DNA from: Dehalococcoidia bacterium
GTDB taxonomy: Bacteria > Chloroflexota > Dehalococcoidia > Dehalococcoidales > Fen-1064
Assembly: GCA_011171075.1 (NCBI GenBank)
Contig: DUFD01000025.1
Location: forward strand, 30,281-94,280
Reading direction: 5' to 3'
DNA: 64,000 nucleotides
In this document: positions 36,092 through 45,333 of the stretch, piece by piece
How the letters are laid out: the number at the start of each line of letters is the position of its first letter
How positions within the stretch are numbered: position 1 is the first letter of the stretch
Notes under the pieces: generated by a model
Databases searched by the model: none
What the model was told of the DNA's origin: nothing
Seen by the model: the letters and a program-made list of their open reading frames with translations, nothing else
Program-made: the position numbers and the translations under genes

Positions 36092-37234
36092 ATGAGCGCC
36101 TATAAACAGAGTGGTACCCGTGAAACTAAGCTTTCAGATGAAGTGATACTCCGTCCGTTCTGCGATGACGACCTGGGCGGTGTGATTGACCTGATAACAG
36201 GCACGCTTAATTCAATATACTCTGCCGACGAGCTAAGAAAAATATGGAACTGGAAGTTCAATGAGAACCCGTTTTCTTCAGGGCAGGCCCCGCATGCCAT
36301 CGTCCTGGAGCATGATGGGAGGATTGTTGGCAATACCGGGCAGGTGGCCATACCCGTAAAGCTGGGAGAAAAGTTCGTCACCGGCTATGCCAACAGTGAT
36401 TTTGCTGTAGCAGAGGGATACCGCACGTATGGCCTGAGACTGGCGAGCACGTTCTGGCGGAATGCGGGAGTGCCTTTTCTAATAGCCACCAGTGCCAACG
36501 AAACAGCCTGTGCCGTGGACAGGGCTTTTGGCGCCAGAGAACTGATATCGTCCAGGACACGCTGGTTCAAGGTAAGGCATCCCTTCCGGGTGCTGGGGGC
36601 GCTCAACATGCGGAAAAACGGGGCGGTTGGTGAGTCCTTCGCCGATAATTTATGGATGCTGCCTGTTTCCGGTCTGAAGTCTCTGGTTAGCACACCGCTT
36701 GGTCTTAAAAAGGTCTCCGGGGGTGGGCTGGAGGTAAGAGAAGTAAGTGAATTCGGTGATGAGTTTGATGAGCTATGGGAAGAGGTCTCCCCCTATTATC
36801 CTGTTGCTGTGGCACGCAACAGCCAATACCTGAACTGGCGCTACGCTCAGTATCCCCTGGGAAAGACACGCGTATTCGCCGCTTACCGTGGGAGTAGGTT
36901 GCAGGGGTTCACGGTTGTTCAGGTATCATGGAGACTGGTCGATATCGCGATAAAGCAGGCCTGCATAACCGAACTGTTCACCAGACCCGGCGACGGAGCA
37001 GCTCAGCAACAGCTACTTAAAGCTGCGTTAGTCTGTGCGAAGACGGAAGACGTGGACATTGTTCAGGCCCTGGGCTTCACTTCTGGGGTGTGCAAGCTGC
37101 TCGAGGAGAACTTTTTTCTGAAAACAAGGACGAGGTGGAGTCCCTATCTATACAAAAACAACATCGACGCTAGCCACAGCGTATCTGAAGAGGGCTGGTT
37201 TATCTCGCTGGGCGATGGTGATGCCGTATTCTAG
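36092..37234 (+). CDS. GNAT-like acyltransferase (two-domain, 380 aa)
   Basis: The ILRPFCDDDL...AIVLEHDGRIVGNTG beta-strand pattern resembles GNAT. It is the last gene of the ACP-FkbH cassette. The family call is weak. Confidence 0.55.
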   Translation: MSAYKQSGTRETKLSDEVILRPFCDDDLGGVIDLITGTLNSIYSADELRKIWNWKFNENPFSSGQAPHAIVLEHDGRIVGNTGQVAIPVKLGEKFVTGYANSDFAVAEGYRTYGLRLASTFWRNAGVPFLIATSANETACAVDRAFGARELISSRTRWFKVRHPFRVLGALNMRKNGAVGESFADNLWMLPVSGLKSLVSTPLGLKKVSGGGLEVREVSEFGDEFDELWEEVSPYYPVAVARNSQYLNWRYAQYPLGKTRVFAAYRGSRLQGFTVVQVSWRLVDIAIKQACITELFTRPGDGAAQQQLLKAALVCAKTEDVDIVQALGFTSGVCKLLEENFFLKTRTRWSPYLYKNNIDASHSVSEEGWFISLGDGDAVF

Positions 37235-37265
37235 TCCGATGCTGGCGGGATTATAGACGGTGCAG

Positions 37266-38954
37266 TTACTCGTCACGTGCTATTTCCGTGTCCGAATGTA
37301 ATCCGGCTGCCGAATCGAGCAGACTTTGCGTATGTGGACTAGAAGGGCTCGTTATGATTTGGCTGGTTGAGCCCTGCTCCGCAATCCTGCCTTCGTGCAT
37401 TACCGCGATACGGTCGCTAATCTTGCGGGCGACCGCAATATCGTGGGTGATGAAAAGCATGCTCAGCCCACGGTTCTCCTGCAGGTTCATCAGCAGCTTG
37501 AGAACTTTTGCCTGAATACTGGAGTCGAGAAATGCCGTCGGCTCGTCGGCGATAAGGACCTGGGGATTGAGCACCAGTGCCCGGGCGATATTGACTCGCT
37601 GAAGTTCACCGCCGCTAAGATGGTGCGGGTACTCGTCGAGGAACTCCTCGGTGGTCGGTAGCTCGACCTCTTCGATAACCTTTCTGGCAGCCTTGTCCTG
37701 TTCCGCTCTGGTACCGATGCCCTGGACCTCCAGCGGCTCCCGGACTGCTTCCAGCACTGTCAGTCGGTGACTCAATGCCTCGCCGGGATTCTGAAAAACG
37801 AGCTGGACGGTACGGTGAAAATCCTTGCTTGGCTGTCCGGCCTTCCTATGCTCAATAAAGATTTCGCCCGCATCTGGTTCGAGAATCCCGCTGAGCATCC
37901 GGGCGAGCGTTGTTTTCCCCGAACCGCTCTGACCCACCAGCGCCAGTGTCTCGCCGTGCTCCAGTACAAGACTTACGCCATCGACGGCTTTAAGCGTCTT
38001 GAATGACTTGCTGATGTCGGTCACCGACAGGGCGGGGATGATGCCCCCGCGATGACAGGCGACCAGTCGCCCTTCATGGTTCTCCAGGGCGGGTATTTGT
38101 TCGCGGCAGATTGGAATGGCCTGCGTGCAGCGAGGGTGGAACGGGCAACCGATAACCCGTCGGTCCATTCTGCCCTTTATTCCCTGCAGGTCTTTTACGG
38201 TGGTCATGTTGGGATACGAGCGGAGCAAAGCCCGGGTGTAGGGGTGGCGGGGCTGCGAGAGCATCAGGTTGGTAGGTCCCAGTTCAACGATGCGCCCACC
38301 GTAGAGGGTTGCCGTCCTAGAGGCAAGCTTGGCGGCGGTAGAGAGATTATGGGTTACCAGCAATGTCATGCGACCAGCAATCGCCCGTCGCAGGAACGCT
38401 ATCATTTCCACCTGGGATTTAGCATCCAGCGAGGAGATGGGCTCATCGAGGATGAGCAGTTCGGGCTCATTGACCAGGGCCATGGCAATCAGCACGCGCT
38501 GTTGCTCGCCACCACTCAGCTCATGCGGGTAGTGCGAGAGTTTCTCCGGCTCAATGCCCACTTTTTCCAGTAAGCCGGCTGCCTTTTCTCTGGCTGGTGC
38601 TTTTTCTTGTTTTCCATGAGCAATCAGCGGCTCAGCTACTTGGTCCAGAATCCGGTGGGTGGGATTTAACCGGTTCTGCGAGCTCTGGAATGCCATCGCC
38701 ACATGACTCCATCGGAGATTGCGCATCTCTTCCTCAGAGAGGGTCAGGATATTGGTATCACCGAGGTTGATTTGGCCAGCAGTATTTCCATTAAGGAGCC
38801 CCATGATGCTGAGCCCCAGCGTCGTTTTGCCGGCGCCCGATTCGCCGATGACAGCGAGACATTCATCGTCGGCCACTTCAAGGTTGATTCCCCGAAGAAT
38901 CGACTCTCCGTCAAAGCTGACCTTTAAGTCCTCAATTTTGAGCACTGACTTCAC
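37266..38954 (-). CDS. Fused double ABC ATPase (DppD/DppF- or NikD/NikE-type)
   Basis: Two Walker A motifs (GESGAGKT, GQSGSGKT), two LSGGE(Q/L)QR signatures, and a Cys-rich oligopeptide-type C-terminal segment between the halves. Confidence 0.9.
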   Translation of the reverse strand: MKSVLKIEDLKVSFDGESILRGINLEVADDECLAVIGESGAGKTTLGLSIMGLLNGNTAGQINLGDTNILTLSEEEMRNLRWSHVAMAFQSSQNRLNPTHRILDQVAEPLIAHGKQEKAPAREKAAGLLEKVGIEPEKLSHYPHELSGGEQQRVLIAMALVNEPELLILDEPISSLDAKSQVEMIAFLRRAIAGRMTLLVTHNLSTAAKLASRTATLYGGRIVELGPTNLMLSQPRHPYTRALLRSYPNMTTVKDLQGIKGRMDRRVIGCPFHPRCTQAIPICREQIPALENHEGRLVACHRGGIIPALSVTDISKSFKTLKAVDGVSLVLEHGETLALVGQSGSGKTTLARMLSGILEPDAGEIFIEHRKAGQPSKDFHRTVQLVFQNPGEALSHRLTVLEAVREPLEVQGIGTRAEQDKAARKVIEEVELPTTEEFLDEYPHHLSGGELQRVNIARALVLNPQVLIADEPTAFLDSSIQAKVLKLLMNLQENRGLSMLFITHDIAVARKISDRIAVMHEGRIAEQGSTSQIITSPSSPHTQSLLDSAAGLHSDTEIARDE

Positions 38955-39939
38955 CCCTGAGTCTCGGGTCCAACGCCGGTTCCAGCGCCGAGCCTATCAA
39001 CGTAATGGCGACGATGGTTATCGAAAGGGCTACCCCGGCCGGTACAAGCCACCAGCGCCATGCATCGAGGAATATCCATTGGCGGGCATCGTTAATCATG
39101 CTCCCCCAGCTCACCACGTTGGGATTGCCAATGCCCAGAAAGGCCATACCGGCCTGGAGGAACACCGCACGCCGCACACAAAAAACGAAATCCGCCACCA
39201 GCAGGGGACCCATATCCGGTATGATATGACGGCGTATTATGTACCACGTGTTAGCCCCGAATCCCCGGGCGGCAGCAACATGGGGTTTCTCTTTCAGCGC
39301 CAGTGCCTGGGCTCTTAGAGTTCGTGCTCCGCCCTGCCAGCTCAGCAGTGAGAGGATGATGATTAACCCGCCGGTGGTGGGCAGCAAATTGCGTGCCAGG
39401 ACAATCAGTGCGAGCACGGGCCCGATTATGAGAAGTCCTACCCATCCCAGGCTGCGTACCATATAAAACGCTATCCCGACTACAATAATGCCGATAAGGA
39501 CTTCGATGGCAATGATGGCCCCACTGCCCAGGTTTGGGTCGACATATATGGAGAGCAGGATGAGGAGGAGTATCATCGGGATAATGATGAAGGCATCGAC
39601 CAGCCGCATAACTATCCGGTCATAGACACCACCAATCAGGGCGGTCGAAGCACCGATTAAAGCCGCCAGCACGGTCGAAAGGGCTGCCACCAGCAGTCCC
39701 ACCACGAGCGAGGTACGTGCCCCGTAAACGAGCTGGCTCCAGATATCCTGTCCGACATGGTTGGTTCCCAGCAGGTGTTCCCAGGACGGCGATTCAAAGG
39801 ATTGGGCCGTTTGTGCCAACGGGTCATAAGGGGTAAGCAGGTCTGCGAAGATGGCCATCAGGACAACGACCAGGAGCAACGTCAGCCCGAGCCTGCCACC
39901 TTTGCTCTTAACCACTTCTTGTTTGGGGTCAATGTGCAT
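38932..39939 (-). CDS. ABC permease (DppC/NikC-type)
   Basis: Multi-helix protein with an EAA-like loop (ALKEKPHVAAARGFGA). It overlaps neighbouring genes within the operon. Confidence 0.85.
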   Translation of the reverse strand: MHIDPKQEVVKSKGGRLGLTLLLVVVLMAIFADLLTPYDPLAQTAQSFESPSWEHLLGTNHVGQDIWSQLVYGARTSLVVGLLVAALSTVLAALIGASTALIGGVYDRIVMRLVDAFIIIPMILLLILLSIYVDPNLGSGAIIAIEVLIGIIVVGIAFYMVRSLGWVGLLIIGPVLALIVLARNLLPTTGGLIIILSLLSWQGGARTLRAQALALKEKPHVAAARGFGANTWYIIRRHIIPDMGPLLVADFVFCVRRAVFLQAGMAFLGIGNPNVVSWGSMINDARQWIFLDAWRWWLVPAGVALSITIVAITLIGSALEPALDPRLRGEVSAQN

Positions 39940-40900
39940 AGCTCACCCTCGGGTCGACTCTGGCATAAAGCAGGTCGACGATAAAATTGGCTCCGAGCAC
40001 GCAGAATGCCGATACCAGCAACAGTCCCTGGAGCACCGGGTAATCACGGAAGGTCAGGGCATCGTATGCCAGAAGCCCGATACCGGGATAGGAAAAAACG
40101 ACCTCGATGAACAGTACGCCGGTGACCATAAGCCCCATCCAGATACCGGTTTGTGTCATTACCGGGAGCATCGAGTTCCTGCCGGCGTGCCTGTATTTTA
40201 CCGTTCGTGGTTTAAGGCCCTTGGCGCGGGCCAGCAGAATATAGGGTTCTTTGAGAACGCCTATCATGGTGTTTCGGGTTAAGAGGTATCCTCCGGTGAT
40301 GCGTGCCAGTACCAGTGTGGTGAGGGGCAGGATGAGGTGCTCACCAATATCGATAAGGCGGGCGAATCCAGAAAGGCCGGAATAGACGTCCTCGGCCCCG
40401 AAGAGGGGCAGGACTTTCAGGTTTACGGCAAACAGGAGAAGGAGCAATATCCCCAGGAAGAAATCAGGAAAGCCACTGAGGGTCACCATTCCGGAGAGTA
40501 CTCCGCTATCGAACCGCCCGCCCCGGCGCCATCCAGACTCAATGCCCAGCATAATACCGATTGCCGTGGAGAGAAGCAGTGCCAGACCAGCGAGCAGTAA
40601 CGTCCAGGGCAGGCGGCCAAAGATTACCTCGGTGACCGGGGCATTATAGGAGTAGGAATAACCCAGGTCGCCCCGGAAGAGTGCCAACCAGTACGAGGCA
40701 AACTGTTCGGCCAGCGACTGGTCAAGGGCAAAGCGCTCCGTCAGGTCTGCCTTGAGTTGCGGACTCATCTGTACCAGCGCCTCGTCGCCGTAGATGGCCA
40801 TCAGCGGGTCACCGGGCATCATCCGGGGAAGAAAAAAGTTAAGCGTCAGGATGATGAGCAGCGCAATTAGATAGGTGAGCAAGTTCCCTTTAGTTAACAT
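39929..40900 (-). CDS. ABC permease (DppB/NikB-type)
   Basis: N-terminal LNFFLPRMMPGDP and EAA loop PYILLARAKGL. Confidence 0.85.
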   Translation of the reverse strand: MLTKGNLLTYLIALLIILTLNFFLPRMMPGDPLMAIYGDEALVQMSPQLKADLTERFALDQSLAEQFASYWLALFRGDLGYSYSYNAPVTEVIFGRLPWTLLLAGLALLLSTAIGIMLGIESGWRRGGRFDSGVLSGMVTLSGFPDFFLGILLLLLFAVNLKVLPLFGAEDVYSGLSGFARLIDIGEHLILPLTTLVLARITGGYLLTRNTMIGVLKEPYILLARAKGLKPRTVKYRHAGRNSMLPVMTQTGIWMGLMVTGVLFIEVVFSYPGIGLLAYDALTFRDYPVLQGLLLVSAFCVLGANFIVDLLYARVDPRVSYAH

Positions 40901-41028
40901 AAGTCAAATGTCGTTGTGGGTCGTATCTGGAGTCCACCCCTCCACCATTTTCGTCGTTCCTGGTTAGCGTTTCTACCTCTGAAAGATAACTACCGGTCTG
41001 GGCTTGATTTCATATATTTCTTAATTGT

Positions 41029-42609
41029 CTATTTCCCTAGGAGGGACATCTTGTTCAATGGAATTGGTATCCCCGAGGCAATCCCGCCATCCGTATAATA
41101 CCAATCAATGGTGCCGTCATGCGCCCAGTATGAGTCCGGGTGATACAGCGTGATGGCCGGTACATCTTCGGCGTAGAGCGCCTCTGCCTGCTGGACTATC
41201 ACCAGCCGGGCATCGGGATCCATCTCGTGGAGCTGCTCTTCAAGTAGCCGGGTCAGTTCTTCGTTGGCCGTGTACCGGGCGCTGTTGAAGCCGGAGCTGG
41301 TGATTACCCTCGGCAGGATAGATGGTTCGTACAGACCACCGTGACCGTACACCGAGAGGTCAAAATCCCAGGCCTCCACCTTTGCATCGAGGCTCTTGCC
41401 TTCCATCATGACGAGGTCGATTTTGATGCCGGCATCTTCAAGCGCATCTTTGAGGAACTGGCCTACCTCTTCGAAGCCGTACGAAGTCTGTGAAATCAGC
41501 TCAAGCTCCAGCACCTCTCCGTTCTTGGTGTAGAAGCCGTCATCGTTCAGTACATAGCCCAGTCCCTCAAGTAACTGACGTGCTTTTTGCAGGTTGTACT
41601 CGTACTGCTCGATATCAGGGTTATACCAGTAGTTGTCCGGCGCCAGCAGGCACGGACTTCCCGGGATTCCGTGGCCCCTCTGGGTAACATCCACTAGTTC
41701 CTGCCTGTCGATGGCATAGGCCAGCGCCTGACGAAACTCCTTTTGGTTCATGGGCTCTTTCTGGTGATTAATCGTTAGCTTGGCGCACCAGTTGTAGGAT
41801 GACTTGAGGATTGTGAATCCCTGGGACTCGAGACTATCTATCATTTCCTCCTCAATGCCGGCGGCGTCCACCTCTCCCTGAGTCAATGCTGCGGTCACCA
41901 TTTCCTCGCTTGTTTTCACGAAGACCAACCGGTCAACCTTTGGCTTGCCCTGATAGTAATCATCGAAGGCCTCGTAGAGATATGTACCCTGGGCTTTGTC
42001 GTAGTCGATGAGCTTGTAAGGGCCACTCCCGATAACGGCTTCGGGGCCATCAAAGGTCATTGGGTCCTCTACATCCTCCCATATGTGCTTTGGCAGGATT
42101 GCCATGGTGCCGGCGATTTCATAGAGGAAGGGTGCGTAAAGCGATTCCAGGTAAAGCTTGACCGTATGTTCATCGATTACCACGGCTTCCGTGATACCGC
42201 TGGGCCCGATGAGGGTTACAAAGGGGTCGGGGTGGCTTTTCACGTAGTCGACAGTAAAGGCTATATCCTCGGCAGTAACAGGCTCTCCATCGTGCCATTT
42301 GGCGTTCTCCTGAAGTTCAAAAGTGTAGGCATTGTCTGAATCATCATATGTCCATTCCTTTGCCAGCGCCGGAATGAAATCCCCGCTTTCATTTCTCCAG
42401 ATAAGCGTATCAAAGACAAAGCTCATGCGGATATACCCCGGTCCCCTGGAGTAGCGAAGATAGGGAGAGGGGTAGCCCCAGTCACCAGTGGAATCGGCTA
42501 TCGTGTAGGTCTCAATCTGCGGCTCGTTACCACAGCCCGGTAATATCAGCAAAATAATGGCCAGAATAACAGCCGTTGCTTTAGGCAATATGCTAATTAT
42601 TCTCGACAT
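41029..42609 (-). CDS. ABC substrate-binding lipoprotein, family 5 (peptide/nickel)
   Basis: Signal peptide with lipobox LPGC. 526 aa with a family-5 layout. Confidence 0.85.
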   Translation of the reverse strand: MSRIISILPKATAVILAIILLILPGCGNEPQIETYTIADSTGDWGYPSPYLRYSRGPGYIRMSFVFDTLIWRNESGDFIPALAKEWTYDDSDNAYTFELQENAKWHDGEPVTAEDIAFTVDYVKSHPDPFVTLIGPSGITEAVVIDEHTVKLYLESLYAPFLYEIAGTMAILPKHIWEDVEDPMTFDGPEAVIGSGPYKLIDYDKAQGTYLYEAFDDYYQGKPKVDRLVFVKTSEEMVTAALTQGEVDAAGIEEEMIDSLESQGFTILKSSYNWCAKLTINHQKEPMNQKEFRQALAYAIDRQELVDVTQRGHGIPGSPCLLAPDNYWYNPDIEQYEYNLQKARQLLEGLGYVLNDDGFYTKNGEVLELELISQTSYGFEEVGQFLKDALEDAGIKIDLVMMEGKSLDAKVEAWDFDLSVYGHGGLYEPSILPRVITSSGFNSARYTANEELTRLLEEQLHEMDPDARLVIVQQAEALYAEDVPAITLYHPDSYWAHDGTIDWYYTDGGIASGIPIPLNKMSLLGK

Positions 42610-42625
42610 GATAACTCTCTTTCTT

Positions 42626-43327
42626 CTAGCGATGTGTAATTAATGATAGGCCATCACCAGCAAGCTGATAGTATTCCTGGCCCGAGCAGGGCAGGCAGAC
42701 GGGGTTGCCTTCTTTCATTCTGACGCGGGACTCCATGATATTTTCACCGCATAGCGAACACTTCACGCTGGTAAAAATCCGGGCGTAGGCAGGCACTTCT
42801 ATATTTACCCGGCTGATGCTGAAGAGCTCCTCGTCAGGTATATCCAGCATATTAAAAGCAATCTCTATCCATAGGCGTCTCAGCTCCTGGTTGTCTTCAT
42901 CGGTGCCCCGACGCTCCTGGACTACCTTTCTGAAGAGTTCGGCGGCCTCAGGGTACCTGTCCAGGGGACTGCTGCCGGCTTTGGCGGCTACCCGTATTGC
43001 CTCTCCTGTCCTGCGGGCGAGGGTAACGGCGGTCTTTCCGTAGTCCCGATAAATGAGAGCGTTGTTGCCGAAGGAGCAGCCGGTAACCATCTGAATACCA
43101 TCGCTAAAACAGCTGTTAGTCTCCACAATGGCGACTACCTCCTCCATGCCTGTTGAGCTTACCCGCAGTTCTTTCACTGCTCTGGCAGCTGCCTTCACCC
43201 CTGTAGACAACCCCGGACAGTAATGGCCGTGCAGCATACCGTTCAGCAGTAATAGCTTGTGAAGGTCACCACCTGCAATGGCTGCCTCAATCTCCTGCCT
43301 GGGACTTTCTTTACTTATGGCGCACAA
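42626..43327 (-). CDS. FmdE-domain protein with C-terminal zinc ribbon
   Basis: HGHYCPG FmdE signature and C-terminal CSLC...CLPC. The start is reassigned to TTG 43327, which lies 6 nt after an AAGGAG Shine-Dalgarno. The ORF-track start is 43372. Confidence 0.75.
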   Translation of the reverse strand: MCAISKESPRQEIEAAIAGGDLHKLLLLNGMLHGHYCPGLSTGVKAAARAVKELRVSSTGMEEVVAIVETNSCFSDGIQMVTGCSFGNNALIYRDYGKTAVTLARRTGEAIRVAAKAGSSPLDRYPEAAELFRKVVQERRGTDEDNQELRRLWIEIAFNMLDIPDEELFSISRVNIEVPAYARIFTSVKCSLCGENIMESRVRMKEGNPVCLPCSGQEYYQLAGDGLSLITHR

Positions 43328-43350
43328 GGTCGTCTCCTTTCTAAAGGTTG

Positions 43351-43393
43351 TTGCAATTATAAGTATTTGCAATAGATTGCATTAAATATGCAA
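43351..43393. promoter_or_regulatory. Candidate Fur-family operator/promoter between the regulator and the fmdE-ABC genes
   Basis: TTGCAA at 43351 and 43367. Perfect 6-5-6 palindrome TTGCAT-TAAAT-ATGCAA at 43377-43393. A minus-strand TATAAT at 43361-43356 is embedded. The 10-mer GCAATTATAA recurs upstream of the regulator gene (43840-43849). Confidence 0.45.
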
Positions 43394-43405
43394 AAAAATA
43401 TCTGC

Positions 43406-43822
43406 TCAATTGCTCTTGTTTCTACATTCCTCACAGAGTCCGTTCATTACCAGGTGCTTGAAGTTAACCCGAAAGCCATATCTGTCTGCAAGAGATTTCT
43501 CAACAAGTATGAAGAGGTCTTCTTCGCACTCTATAGTCATGCCACAACCAGTGCACACCAGATGGTGGTGGTGACCTTCCTCAGCATGGTGGTAGATAAA
43601 ATGGTCGCCCAGTTCACTTTTATAAACGCACCCGGCCCCTTCCAGGAGTTCCAGGGTACGGTATATCGTTGACTTATGAACTCCGGGCATTCTCTCCTGG
43701 ACAAGAGTGATAATTTCCTCGGCAGTGAGATGAACATCAGCATTGTGGATGGCCTCTACGATAAGCCTCCGTTGCGGGGTCAGTTTCAGTCCTTTATTCT
43801 TGAGCGTCGTAATGCAACTCAT
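43406..43822 (-). CDS. Fur-family metalloregulator (Zur/Nur-like)
   Basis: Winged-helix segment LKLTPQRRLIVEAI, His-rich site HHAEEGHHHH, and structural CxxC pairs (CTGC, CEEC). ATG 43822 is preferred, with an AGGTG 8 nt upstream. Confidence 0.85.
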   Translation of the reverse strand: MSCITTLKNKGLKLTPQRRLIVEAIHNADVHLTAEEIITLVQERMPGVHKSTIYRTLELLEGAGCVYKSELGDHFIYHHAEEGHHHHLVCTGCGMTIECEEDLFILVEKSLADRYGFRVNFKHLVMNGLCEECRNKSN

Positions 43823-44034
43823 TGTCATTGCACCTGGTCGCAATTATAATCTGAAATGACATCCCTTGTCAACTGTGCTTGTGAAAATGGCTGGCAGAAT
43901 TAGGAGCACTCAAAAAGGAGGAATAGCGGGTGTCATGAATTCCCTTTTAGGTGCACACCGTGTCCCATCATGGTAGCTGTCGTGCTTCAGAAGGGCCACA
44001 TGGTCGCCATATTGAAAGGCTTGCTTGCCGGTAA

Positions 44035-45333
44035 TTAGTTGTTGCTGAAAACCGTAGCGGTTGTCTCGGGCTGTGGATGAGCTGCTGGCCCTCTCCCATC
44101 AACTGCGTTCAGCACCAGATGCAGATAGTCTCTGAGTAATCGGGGCATCAGATAGTTTTGTCTTACCGATTCTCTGCCAGCCTCGCCTATCTTTCTTGCC
44201 AGTTTACGGTCCTGCAACAGGGTTACCATAGTCTGAGCACACGATGGTGTATCATCAACCAGGAATCCGGTCTCACCATTTCTTATCTGAAGTCTGATTC
44301 CGCCGCAGTTACCACCAATAACGGGAGTTCTCTTCCACATTGCTTCCGCCACGGTAAGACCAAAGCCCTCTCTGGTGGATTTCTGTATGATGACATCAGA
44401 GCCCGACTGAAAGGCATTTACTTCCAGGTCGCCGATAACGAACGGGTCAGAGAAGAGGTGTATATCCGGGTCGGACCCTGAGTATTGCTGAACGTCAGCA
44501 AGTACCTCACAGGCATCGGGGTCGTCACCGGCTGTCATCGCCCCGACCAGCGCCAGTTGCAGTCCGGTTATTTCTTTTCTGGCTATATGGTAAGCGTCAA
44601 TTACCCCCCACGGGTCTTTCCATCGGTCGAAGCGTGATACCTGGCTGACAATGGGCCTGTCAGGGTCAAGTCCGAGCCTGGCCAGTACTTTTCGGGCCTG
44701 GCAAAAATCCAGCGGTCTGTGCTTGGGTATGAACGGGTCAATGGCAGGCGGGAACACAACTGTCCTGCACGAATTATTACCCGCTGGCAGGTACTCCGGC
44801 ATACTGGCCACAAGCATTCTGTAATCACACATGTAGGGGTGCAGTATCTCACGGACAGTCTCATTAGGTCTGGTGGTATCGACGTGACATACCCATACAC
44901 CGGGAGAGGAGTTCAGATAGCGAATCAGCGGTAGTACCTGAGCATCGTGGATAAGCCACAGGTCCGCGGCGAGCCCCATAGCCTTTGCAGTACACGCGGA
45001 TTTTCTATTATGCTCCAGGTAGATTTCAATATCTTCAGGACTCAGGTTCCTGCCGTCACCCTGGAGGCAGTGATGCAAGGTCTTGCTCACCCGAAAGAAG
45101 TCTGCATCTGGTTCGATAACATACCACTCGGCATCAATCCCGACGTTGCACATAAGGGGCACTAGTGATTGTAATATCTCGGCCACGCCCCCGCCAGCAG
45201 GGGTGGCATTAACATGTACGATACGGCATCCCCTCAGCCTTTCGGCAGTCTGAGTTATCTCTGATAACAGACTATCAGAGATAACACCGGTGTAATAAGC
45301 AAGTTCTGTTTCTTTAGTTGGAACTCGTAGCAA
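44035..45333 (-). CDS. TreT-like GT4 glycosyltransferase (trehalose glycosyltransferring synthase family), paralog 1
   Basis: HVNATPAGGGVAEIL...SRFDRWKDPWGV...REGFGLTVAEAMWKRTPVIG parallels archaeal TreT as remembered. TTG start preceded by a GAAGGAGG Shine-Dalgarno. Confidence 0.7.
   Translation of the reverse strand: MLRVPTKETELAYYTGVISDSLLSEITQTAERLRGCRIVHVNATPAGGGVAEILQSLVPLMCNVGIDAEWYVIEPDADFFRVSKTLHHCLQGDGRNLSPEDIEIYLEHNRKSACTAKAMGLAADLWLIHDAQVLPLIRYLNSSPGVWVCHVDTTRPNETVREILHPYMCDYRMLVASMPEYLPAGNNSCRTVVFPPAIDPFIPKHRPLDFCQARKVLARLGLDPDRPIVSQVSRFDRWKDPWGVIDAYHIARKEITGLQLALVGAMTAGDDPDACEVLADVQQYSGSDPDIHLFSDPFVIGDLEVNAFQSGSDVIIQKSTREGFGLTVAEAMWKRTPVIGGNCGGIRLQIRNGETGFLVDDTPSCAQTMVTLLQDRKLARKIGEAGRESVRQNYLMPRLLRDYLHLVLNAVDGRGPAAHPQPETTATVFSNN

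Noticed and set aside
38052-39318. 173- and 199-aa + strand ORFs across the ABC ATPase/permease genes.
   Set aside because: They are antisense to genes with Walker/ABC-signature motifs. Their Arg/Pro/Ser-rich composition is typical of antisense frames.
43328-43372. ORF-track N-terminal extensions of the FmdE gene (TTG 43372) and of the Fur gene (TTG 43843).
   Set aside because: Downstream starts have proper Shine-Dalgarno spacing (AAGGAG-6-TTG at 43327; AGGTG-8-ATG at 43822). The extensions would also bury the repeated operator-like motifs in coding sequence.
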